Shown piece after piece: positions 56,518-64,000 of a DNA stretch of 64,000 nt (the first letter of the stretch is position 1; each line of letters starts with the position of its first letter). A program made the position numbers and the translations under genes. The stretch lies in the IMG/VR virus record IMGVR_UViG_3300021197_001489, positions 186,001-250,000 of that record; one strand, given 5' to 3'. The notes beneath the pieces are model-generated. The model worked only from the letters and a program-made list of their open reading frames with translations. It had not been told where the DNA came from and did no database searches.

Positions 56518-57231
56518 ATGTTAATAGAAAAATTCCAATATAAATCTCTGTCCCGTACCAACATTGACGGTAAGCGGCATTATAAAACACCCACTGGTGC
56601 ACCTGTGCCCAGTGTTACCACAATACTTGATAAAACCAAAAGCAAGGAAAAAATGGAAGCCCTTGCTAACTGGCGTCGACGAGTGGGAGAGCAAAAAGCG
56701 CAAGCAATTACCACAGAAGCAGCCAACCGCGGTACAAGAATGCACACCTACTTGGAAAATTATTGTGTTGACGGAACTATCAAAGAGCGTGGCAATAATC
56801 CGTTCAGTTGGCAAAGCCATGCCATGGCTGAGACTGTGATACGTGAAGGCATGTGCAACGTTGACGAAGTATGGGGTGTTGAAGTTCCTATGTACTTTCC
56901 AGGCATATATGCTGGAACAACAGACTGCGTTGGAATACACAGCGGTGAACATGCAATCATGGACTTTAAGCAAAGCAACAAGCCCAAAAAAGAAGAATGG
57001 ATTGAGGATTACAAGCTGCAACTGTGCGCATATGCAGAAGCACACAATGAAGTGTATGGCACAAACATACGCAAGGGTGTAGTGCTTATGGCTGTAAAAC
57101 CTGAGGTTGATCAACAAGGACATCTCAAAAACAACCCTGTGTATCAGGAGTTTGTAGTTGAAGGTGATGATTTTGAACATTGGCGGCAGCAATGGTGGAA
57201 GAGAGTTGAACAATACTACACAAGCAGCTAA
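56518..57231 (+). CDS. PD-(D/E)XK exonuclease
   Basis: PSVTTIL, RGTRMH, E, AGTTDC, DFKQS, QLCAYA. Confidence 0.88.
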   Translation: MLIEKFQYKSLSRTNIDGKRHYKTPTGAPVPSVTTILDKTKSKEKMEALANWRRRVGEQKAQAITTEAANRGTRMHTYLENYCVDGTIKERGNNPFSWQSHAMAETVIREGMCNVDEVWGVEVPMYFPGIYAGTTDCVGIHSGEHAIMDFKQSNKPKKEEWIEDYKLQLCAYAEAHNEVYGTNIRKGVVLMAVKPEVDQQGHLKNNPVYQEFVVEGDDFEHWRQQWWKRVEQYYTSS

Positions 57232-57262
57232 ATACACTTAGATTCCGGAGTTTAGATAAAAG

Positions 57263-58858
57263 ATGGCAATAGTTCAAGTATCCCGTATTACCAACCGTAA
57301 AGGCCTCAGTGAGAACCTACCTCAGCTTGCAGGCGCAGAGTTTGGTTGGGTAATCGATCAGCGTAAACTTTACATTGGTAACGGTACGCTCGCAGACGGC
57401 GCACCAGCAGTAGGTAATACAGAAGTACTAACACAGTACAGCGATATTTTAAGCCTTGGAACTAGCTATACCTATAAAGGTCTGCATGCTGGATACACAG
57501 TGCAAACTGGAGATACAACAGGTTCACCAGTAACACAAACACTGCAAGCAAAACTGGACAACTTTGCTAGCGTTCTCGACTTTGGTGCAACTGGCGATGG
57601 ATCAACTGATGATACTAATGCAATTAACAGAGCATTGTTTCAACTGTTTTGCATACAAACCAACACCACTATTAGACGCAGTCTTTATTTTCCTGGAGGA
57701 ACGTACAGAATAACAGCGCCAATTGCAGTACCACCATTTGCGCAACTGTGGGGCGACGGTCCAGACAGTGCAATATTAGAAATGGATGTAGGATCTGACA
57801 GTTCGTTTGGTGCATATGTAATTCAAACTGCTGATAGCTTACAACAAACAGGTGTCAATATTGGAACCAATAGTGCTACTGCTCCGAGAGATATAGTAAT
57901 AAGTGGCATGAGCTTTACCAGTTTAGAGCCAGGTGTTGACATGATGCTTATTGATAGAGCAGAGGGTGTAAGTGTTAGCAACTGTAACTTTAAAGGCAAT
58001 CTAGCCACTAATCCTGCAAACGCAGGTGACGATATTGCCGGGGTGCGCTTTGATAGTACTGTAAGTAATACCTGTAAACAAATAGAATTCAATAACTGTA
58101 AGTTTAGTTTTTTAACATACGGACTTATTACAGACGAAAATATACAAGGCGTAACTGTTCAAAATTCACAGTTTACAAACTTGTATCAAGGCGTGATGCT
58201 AGGCACAGGAACGCCAGACAATGGTGGCCCTGAAGGTGTACGCATTGTGCAAAACTTGTTTGATAATATTGGCAAAGAAGGTATTAGCGTTGGTGCAGTT
58301 GCATACAATGTAAGTGCATACAATATATTCTTAGACGTGGCAAACGATTACTTAGGAGCAGGAAATGCTGCTGCTCCAGTTATACAAATCAATGGGGACA
58401 ACAATGTAAGCATTGGTGACATGTTTGAACGCAGTGATGTTGACAATCTAGTACAGCCGCGTGTTAAACTTAACGATAAGGCATGCTATGCACTGATTAA
58501 CGGTGAAGAAGTTGAGTTTGGCACATATCACAGACTTGCTGGAGTAAGTGCAAGTTTGACGGTGCAAGGTTCAGCAACAACAATCTTTACTGTGAATACA
58601 GGAAATGCAACAGCATTTAACTGTATCTACCAATTTAAAGATCCAGTGACAAACATCATACGTTTTGGAACACTGAGAGTGGTTGGACAAGACACCGACG
58701 ACAGTGCAGGCACCCTAGCATATGTCGATGACTACAGCGAAGACAACACAAGCGCAATTGTACTAAGCGTTGTACAAAGCGGAAGCACCATAAGCGTACA
58801 ATATACATCAACTGCCGCAGGCACATTTAAATATTCACTTGAACATTTAGGCATCTAA
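57263..58858 (+). CDS. Tail/baseplate-associated protein with pectin-lyase-like beta-helix
   Basis: LAGAEFG..D.RKLYIGNG; SVLDFGATGDGSTDDTNAIN..LYFPGGTY; NCxF repeats. Confidence 0.75.
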   Translation: MAIVQVSRITNRKGLSENLPQLAGAEFGWVIDQRKLYIGNGTLADGAPAVGNTEVLTQYSDILSLGTSYTYKGLHAGYTVQTGDTTGSPVTQTLQAKLDNFASVLDFGATGDGSTDDTNAINRALFQLFCIQTNTTIRRSLYFPGGTYRITAPIAVPPFAQLWGDGPDSAILEMDVGSDSSFGAYVIQTADSLQQTGVNIGTNSATAPRDIVISGMSFTSLEPGVDMMLIDRAEGVSVSNCNFKGNLATNPANAGDDIAGVRFDSTVSNTCKQIEFNNCKFSFLTYGLITDENIQGVTVQNSQFTNLYQGVMLGTGTPDNGGPEGVRIVQNLFDNIGKEGISVGAVAYNVSAYNIFLDVANDYLGAGNAAAPVIQINGDNNVSIGDMFERSDVDNLVQPRVKLNDKACYALINGEEVEFGTYHRLAGVSASLTVQGSATTIFTVNTGNATAFNCIYQFKDPVTNIIRFGTLRVVGQDTDDSAGTLAYVDDYSEDNTSAIVLSVVQSGSTISVQYTSTAAGTFKYSLEHLGI

Positions 58859-58864
58859 ACTTAT

Positions 58865-59299
58865 ATGTGGCAACGCCATTCACAGACTAGACTTATCGCC
58901 TGGGCTGATTTACGGAATCAATGTAAATTAGAGCCTGATCTTGATACAGTGATAAACACAATACACAGTTGGTGGCAGCATGCACCATTGGTATTGCACT
59001 ATTTGCATTGGGATTTGGTAAAAGATTGGCCTGATCCTTGGGATTTAATTGCCGAAGACACCTATTGTGATCTTGCAAAATGTCTCGGTATCAGTTATAC
59101 TATACTAATGCTGGATCGTACAGATATCAATAGCTTATCTATTCAAGAAACAAAAGAAAACGAGTATATAGTGTCGTTGAACCAGGGGAAATATATATTG
59201 AATTGGGATGTTGGCCAAGTGTTAAATATCAATTCAACAAACAGTTTAAAAATTGCTCGTAGCATGGATTCTGCCATGTTTAAAAACAAAATTCGATAG
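58865..59299 (+). CDS. Conserved hypothetical protein
   Basis: WW..AP, WPDPWDLI, C..A..LG..YT. Confidence 0.7.
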   Translation: MWQRHSQTRLIAWADLRNQCKLEPDLDTVINTIHSWWQHAPLVLHYLHWDLVKDWPDPWDLIAEDTYCDLAKCLGISYTILMLDRTDINSLSIQETKENEYIVSLNQGKYILNWDVGQVLNINSTNSLKIARSMDSAMFKNKIR

Positions 59300-59308
59300 G
59301 GGTATCAC

Positions 59309-61609
59309 ATGGAAATACTAGTAACTAAACGCGATGGTAGCAAAGAGCCGCTAGACATTGAAAAACTGCACAAGGTAGTTTTTTGGGCCACACAAGGCAT
59401 CACAGGCGTTAGTGCTAGTCAAGTGGAAATCAAAAGTCACATTCAATTTTATCAAGGTATTAGTACCAGTGACATCCAAGAAACACTTATTAAAAGTGCA
59501 GCCGATCTAATTTCAGAAGAAACTCCTAACTATCAATACGTTGCTGGACGGCTAATATCCTATCACATTCGCAAAATGGTCTATGGCGACTTTGGACCGT
59601 GGCACGTTTATGATCTAGTAAAACACAATGTCAAAGCTGGTTTTTATGATGCAGAACTGCTCAGTGAGTACACCGAAGCAGAATGGAACGCAATCAATAA
59701 TTGGATCAAACACGACCGCGATGAAGAACTAACCTATGCTGCTATGGAACAGTTCCGTGGCAAGTATCTTGTGCAAAATCGTGTAACCAAGCAGTTATAC
59801 GAAACACCACAAATGACATACATGTTGATCGCCGCTACACTGTTTCAAGACTACCCGCATGAAACAAGAATGCAATATGTCAAAGACTACTATGATGTTA
59901 TCTCAACACATCAAGTAAGTCTTCCAACTCCTGTTATGGCAGGTGTGCGTACACCACAACGCCAGTTTAGCAGTTGTGTGCTAATTGAAACAGATGACAG
60001 TCTTGATTCAATCAATGCTACGTCAAGTTCAATTGTTAAGTATGTGTCGGCAAAGGCAGGTATTGGCATCAATGGCGGACGCATTAGAGCATTAGGTTCG
60101 CCTATTAGAAACGGTGATGCATACCATACAGGTGTTATTCCGTTTTACAAAATGTTTCAAGCAGCAACACGTTCATGCAGCCAAGGCGGCGTGCGTAACG
60201 GTGCTGCAACACTTTATTATCCAATTTGGCACTATGAGGTTGAAGATCTACTAGTGCTAAAGAACAACAAAGGCACCGAAGATAATCGTGTACGTCACAT
60301 GGATTATGGTGTACAGTTTAACAAGCTGATGTACGAGCGTCTTATGACAGGAGACAACATTACACTATTCTCTCCGCATGATGTACCAGGGTTGTATGAT
60401 GCTTTCTTTGCTGACCAAGACGAGTTCAAACGCCTGTACGAAACAGCAGAGCGTAACACACGACTTCGCAAGAAAACAATAAACGCACAGGAACTATTTG
60501 GCGCATTTATGCAGGAACGCAAAGATACAGGACGTATCTATCTTATGAACGTTGACCATGCAAACAGTCATAGCAGTTTTAAAACTGAAGTGGCTCCAAT
60601 CAAACAAAGCAACTTGTGTTGTGAAATTGATCTACCGACTAAGCCATTGAATGATGTGAATGATCCAAATGGTGAAATTGCACTGTGTACACTCAGCGCA
60701 ATCAACTGGGGTGTGTTTAAGTCACCTGAAGAAATGGAAAAGGCTTGTACACTAGCAGTACGCGGTCTTGATGCACTGCTAACTTATCAAAACTATCCAA
60801 TTATTGCAGCACAAATGGCAACAGAAGGCCGACGTCCACTTGGGGTTGGTATAATTAATCTTGCATACTTCTTGGCAAAGAACGACACCAGCTACACGGA
60901 TCCTGCTGCACTTAAATTAGTGGATACATGGTCACAGCACTGGAGTTACTATCTAATCAAAGCAAGTGCAGACTTAGCAGTTGAGTTTGGTGCATGTCCT
61001 ATGAATAACGAAACAAAGTATTCGGATGGTATCCTTCCTGTTGACACTTACAAGAAAGATGTCGACGAGCTTGTGGCACACAAGGACTGTGTTGATTGGA
61101 CTGGCTTGCGCAAGCAACTCAAAGATACAGGCATTCGCAACTCAACACTGATGGCACTTATGCCTGCTGAAACTTCAGCACAGATATCAAACAGCACAAA
61201 CGGCATTGAGCCACCTCGTGCGTTTGTTAGTATCAAACAAAGCAAAGACGGTGTACTAAAGCAGGTTGTTCCAGGCTACCCAAGACTTAAAAACAAGTAT
61301 GAGCTAATGTGGGATCAGAAGTCACCAGAGGGTTATATAAAAATTACTGCAATTTTACAGAAGTACATTGATCAAGGCATCAGTGTAAACACTTCATACA
61401 ATCCGCAGCACTATGAAGATGAAAAGATTCCAATGAGTACCATGTTACAACATCTATTGTTGTGCTATAAATATGGACACAAGCAGTTGTACTATTTTAA
61501 CACCTTTGATGGTTCTGGTGAAATAGACATAGACAAAATGAACGCAACAGAAAGCATACTGATCGAGCTTCCATACGAAGAAGAAGCCTGCGACAGTTGT
61601 ACAATTTAA
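59309..61609 (+). CDS. nrdA: Ribonucleotide reductase class Ia alpha subunit with ATP cone
   Basis: VTKRDG, QFSSC, SNLCCEI, ALCTL, MPAETS, LYY, C-terminal CDSC. Confidence 0.97.
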   Translation: MEILVTKRDGSKEPLDIEKLHKVVFWATQGITGVSASQVEIKSHIQFYQGISTSDIQETLIKSAADLISEETPNYQYVAGRLISYHIRKMVYGDFGPWHVYDLVKHNVKAGFYDAELLSEYTEAEWNAINNWIKHDRDEELTYAAMEQFRGKYLVQNRVTKQLYETPQMTYMLIAATLFQDYPHETRMQYVKDYYDVISTHQVSLPTPVMAGVRTPQRQFSSCVLIETDDSLDSINATSSSIVKYVSAKAGIGINGGRIRALGSPIRNGDAYHTGVIPFYKMFQAATRSCSQGGVRNGAATLYYPIWHYEVEDLLVLKNNKGTEDNRVRHMDYGVQFNKLMYERLMTGDNITLFSPHDVPGLYDAFFADQDEFKRLYETAERNTRLRKKTINAQELFGAFMQERKDTGRIYLMNVDHANSHSSFKTEVAPIKQSNLCCEIDLPTKPLNDVNDPNGEIALCTLSAINWGVFKSPEEMEKACTLAVRGLDALLTYQNYPIIAAQMATEGRRPLGVGIINLAYFLAKNDTSYTDPAALKLVDTWSQHWSYYLIKASADLAVEFGACPMNNETKYSDGILPVDTYKKDVDELVAHKDCVDWTGLRKQLKDTGIRNSTLMALMPAETSAQISNSTNGIEPPRAFVSIKQSKDGVLKQVVPGYPRLKNKYELMWDQKSPEGYIKITAILQKYIDQGISVNTSYNPQHYEDEKIPMSTMLQHLLLCYKYGHKQLYYFNTFDGSGEIDIDKMNATESILIELPYEEEACDSCTI

Positions 61610-61619
61610 GGGTAGCAAA

Positions 61620-62744
61620 ATGAGTGTATTAAATTCAACAAAACGTGACCACACAGATAGTTTGGCATTCCTAGATCCCAACGGTGGTGTCGGGCTACAG
61701 CGTTATGACACGCTAAAGTATCGGCAGTTTGATAAACTAACTGACAAGCAGTTGGGATTCTTTTGGCGCCCCGAAGAAGTAGATGTACTACGTGATGCCA
61801 AAGACTTCAAAGAACTCACTGACAACGAAAAGCATATCTTTACAAGCAACCTTAAGAGACAGATCTTGTTGGATAGTGTGCAAGGTCGTGCGCCAGTGGA
61901 GAGCTTTGGACCTATTGTCAGTTTGCCCGAGTTGGAAAACTGGATTATCACTTGGACTTTCTCAGAAACAATTCACTCAAGGAGTTACACACATATTATT
62001 CGCAACGTGTACAGCGATCCAAGCAAAATTTTTGACACCATGATGGATATCAAAGAGATCAATGAATGTGGTGACGACATTACTGCATATTACGATGATT
62101 TGATTGAATATAGCTCGTGGTATAATCTGCTAGGTGAAGGCAAGCACAAAGTAAATGGCAAGACCATTGAGATTGACTTGTACGAACTTAAGAAGAAACT
62201 GTGGATGTGTATTGCAAGTGTAAACGTGCTTGAAGGTATACGCTTTTATGTCAGTTTTGCTTGCAGCTGGGCGTTTGCTGAACTTAAGAAGATGGAAGGC
62301 AATGCTAAAATTATCAAGTTTATTGCCCGTGACGAAAACGTACACCTAGCTAGCACACAGCAACTTATGAAACTGTTGCCAAGCGATGATCCAGATTATG
62401 CAAAAATTGCAAAAGAGACTGAAGCGGAATTGATCACAATGTTTGAAGATGCTGTTGAGCAAGAAAAACAGTGGGCAAACTATCTGTTCAAGGACGGATC
62501 AATGATTGGACTTAATGCACAACTGCTCAAAGAATATGTTGAGTGGATTGCACACAAGCGCATGACAGCCGTTGGATTGCCTAGCAGTTACAAAGGTGGA
62601 TCAAATCCTCTTCCGTGGACACAAAAATGGATTGCAGGCGGCGATGTACAAGTTGCTCCTCAAGAAACAGAAATTTCATCATATGTTGTTGGTGGTACCA
62701 AGCAAGACGTAGACAGTGAAACATTTAAAGGATTCAGCCTATGA
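61620..62744 (+). CDS. nrdB: Ribonucleotide reductase class Ia beta subunit
   Basis: FFWRPEE, LLDSVQ, ETIHSRSY, EGIRFY, RDENVH, APQETE. Confidence 0.97.
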   Translation: MSVLNSTKRDHTDSLAFLDPNGGVGLQRYDTLKYRQFDKLTDKQLGFFWRPEEVDVLRDAKDFKELTDNEKHIFTSNLKRQILLDSVQGRAPVESFGPIVSLPELENWIITWTFSETIHSRSYTHIIRNVYSDPSKIFDTMMDIKEINECGDDITAYYDDLIEYSSWYNLLGEGKHKVNGKTIEIDLYELKKKLWMCIASVNVLEGIRFYVSFACSWAFAELKKMEGNAKIIKFIARDENVHLASTQQLMKLLPSDDPDYAKIAKETEAELITMFEDAVEQEKQWANYLFKDGSMIGLNAQLLKEYVEWIAHKRMTAVGLPSSYKGGSNPLPWTQKWIAGGDVQVAPQETEISSYVVGGTKQDVDSETFKGFSL

Positions 62745-63007
62745 TGTCAGTGACAGTATACACCAAAGACTATTGTTCTTATTGTGAGGCAGCCAAACGT
62801 TTGTTAAACAAATTGAATATAGCATTTGAAACAAAAAAAGTTGGTGTAGATGTCACTCGAGAGCAACTGCTAGAGGTTGCACCTAATGCAAGAACTGTAC
62901 CGCAGATTGTTATTGGTGGTAAAGTGATTGGCGGATTTGATGAACTTCAAGAGTATATTGACGAAACAAATTTTAACGGAACTGGCTACGGTAACATTTC
63001 TTTTTAA
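62741..63007 (+). CDS. Glutaredoxin
   Basis: CSYC, RTVPQI, IGGF. Confidence 0.93.
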   Translation: MMSVTVYTKDYCSYCEAAKRLLNKLNIAFETKKVGVDVTREQLLEVAPNARTVPQIVIGGKVIGGFDELQEYIDETNFNGTGYGNISF

Positions 63008-63035
63008 CCACAGGTTGCTGTAGGTAACTACTAGC

Positions 63036-63335
63036 ATGACTTTAGAAAAACACAAAATTTACACACTTAAACTTTCTGACAGCACAGAAGTTGTTGCCAA
63101 AATTGTGAAAGCTGATGCATTCAGCGTTGATATTATCAGTCCAATGTCACTAGTTGCAACACAGCAAGGCTTGCAGATGCTCCCAAGCCTTATGAGTGGA
63201 GATCCCGACAAAAATGTCACCATAAATACAGCTAGTATTATGATGCATGTGGAAGCACACAAAGATATTGTTGCAACCTACATCCAAGCAACCACAGGTA
63301 TTGTAACACAACCGAAAACACTACTAAAGGGTTAA
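63036..63335 (+). CDS. Small conserved protein (Sm-like fold suspected)
   Basis: TLKL...EVVAK..P...Y..ATTGIV; TAACTA-N5-ATG. Confidence 0.65.
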   Translation: MTLEKHKIYTLKLSDSTEVVAKIVKADAFSVDIISPMSLVATQQGLQMLPSLMSGDPDKNVTINTASIMMHVEAHKDIVATYIQATTGIVTQPKTLLKG

Positions 63336-63337
63336 CA

Positions 63338-63628
63338 ATGCCGGGAGCGGTACGAATAGGTGATACAAACAGCGCAGGTGGGGCAGCATCAGGTAAAGGT
63401 GCCGCCAGTGTATTGATCAACGGCCGCGCTGCATGCATTAAAGGCACCAGTGTTACTCCACATCCTTGCTGCGGTGCTCCTGGTTGTAGTAAACATTGCA
63501 GTGCTAAAACAGTACGCGGCGCACGAAGTGTACTAGCCGAAGGTATTGAAATCAATTTTATTGGCAGCACAGATACTTGCGGACATGCACGAGCCACTGG
63601 TAGTCGTGACGTGATCATTCCAGGATAA
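63338..63628 (+). CDS. PAAR-domain spike tip protein
   Basis: AVRIGD, SVLINGRAA, H..C..H, G..DTCGH..TGS.DV. Confidence 0.88.
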   Translation: MPGAVRIGDTNSAGGAASGKGAASVLINGRAACIKGTSVTPHPCCGAPGCSKHCSAKTVRGARSVLAEGIEINFIGSTDTCGHARATGSRDVIIPG

Positions 63629-63631
63629 ACT

Positions 63632-64000
63632 ATGGCAACTGGTACAATTACATCAATGATATTAACGGCTGGTGCTAGCATGATAGCCAACGGCAGTGAT
63701 GCTGATCTTGGTGGCAAACCTATTGCTTCAAACAGTGGTGCGCCATTGAGTGTAACTGACAGTGTTAACAGTGAAGTTGGAGCACCAACATTAAAAGTCA
63801 TGAATGACTCCACACTAGAGATACAAGCACTACAAAGTGTTCTGTACACAGTCACAGCCAAGATTACATCAAATCTCAGCACAGCACAAATCAATGAATT
63901 TAGCAGCATGGCAAGCGGATTAGGCGAAAATGTGTTCACTGCGCCATTTGATCTGTATTCAGGAAATGCCTATGCAATACTACACACTGCTGATACTATC
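63632..64000 (+). CDS. Hypothetical virion protein, truncated by window end
   Basis: AGGA RBS; open frame MATGTITSMILTAG... to the end. Confidence 0.65.
   Translation, partial: MATGTITSMILTAGASMIANGSDADLGGKPIASNSGAPLSVTDSVNSEVGAPTLKVMNDSTLEIQALQSVLYTVTAKITSNLSTAQINEFSSMASGLGENVFTAPFDLYSGNAYAILHTADTI

Noticed and set aside
56518-57231. Cas4 as part of a CRISPR system
   Set aside because: No Fe-S cysteine cluster pattern, cas neighbours or array; an ordinary phage PD-(D/E)XK exonuclease
56521-57237. 238-aa minus-strand ORF spanning the exonuclease gene
   Set aside because: Antisense shadow of a motif-complete gene; F/L/V-rich composition, no RBS or motifs
5359-62744. Inteins or introns in terminase, helicases, DnaE or nrdAB
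   Set aside because: Lengths are ordinary or short and motifs are contiguous; no intein ends or LAGLIDADG inserts seen
63238-63939. 233-aa minus-strand ORF
   Set aside because: Antisense to PAAR and the next plus-strand gene; no independent signals
1-64000. Stop-codon reassignment or alternative genetic code
   Set aside because: Core genes (terL, uvsX, gp41, nrdA, nrdB) are full length in the standard code, and TAA, TAG and TGA all act as stops
1-64000. CRISPR array, tRNA or rRNA genes
   Set aside because: No regularly spaced repeats or T-arm/cloverleaf signatures seen by eye; intergenic gaps are short. A tRNAscan/CRISPR scan was not run

Overview
This 64-kb window is part of a large tailed dsDNA phage with T4-type core genes, probably a large or jumbo myovirus from an aquatic sample. 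The host cannot be determined from this window. It uses the standard genetic code, and I found no tRNA, rRNA, CRISPR array or intein. Layout: (1) 1-8.8 kb has acidic putative internal head proteins, a thermonuclease, an HNH nuclease and the gp17-like large terminase. (2) 10-14 kb has gp32 SSB, UvsX and UvsY. (3) 14-25.5 kb is a glycosyltransferase/methyltransferase island. (4) 26-28 kb is a small early-gene island with three related sigma70-type promoters. (5) 30-44 kb has UvsW, a clamp-loader subunit, a 186-aa miniature DnaE, primase, gp41 helicase and a second, PHP-less 564-aa DnaE, interleaved with SGNH, radical-SAM and methyltransferase genes. (6) 44-47 kb is an oxygenase/PLP-enzyme/amidinotransferase cassette. 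(7) 47-59 kb holds virion proteins, including a Pol-beta NTase + ligase-like fusion, plus an exonuclease and a beta-helix tail protein. (8) 59-64 kb has nrdA, nrdB, glutaredoxin and PAAR. The best candidate for an undescribed system is a perfect 42-bp element present only in the 5' leaders of gp32 SSB and of the PHP-less DnaE 34 kb away. It suggests an SSB-controlled, ssDNA-sensing 'phage SOS' polymerase switch. Other candidates are a 3'-UTR hairpin whose loop is complementary to the early-gene ribosome-binding sites, a strict TAAATA-N5-ATG leaderless late-gene architecture, and a pseudoknot-like leader at 25.5 kb. All protein calls come from motif recognition by eye; no searches were run.
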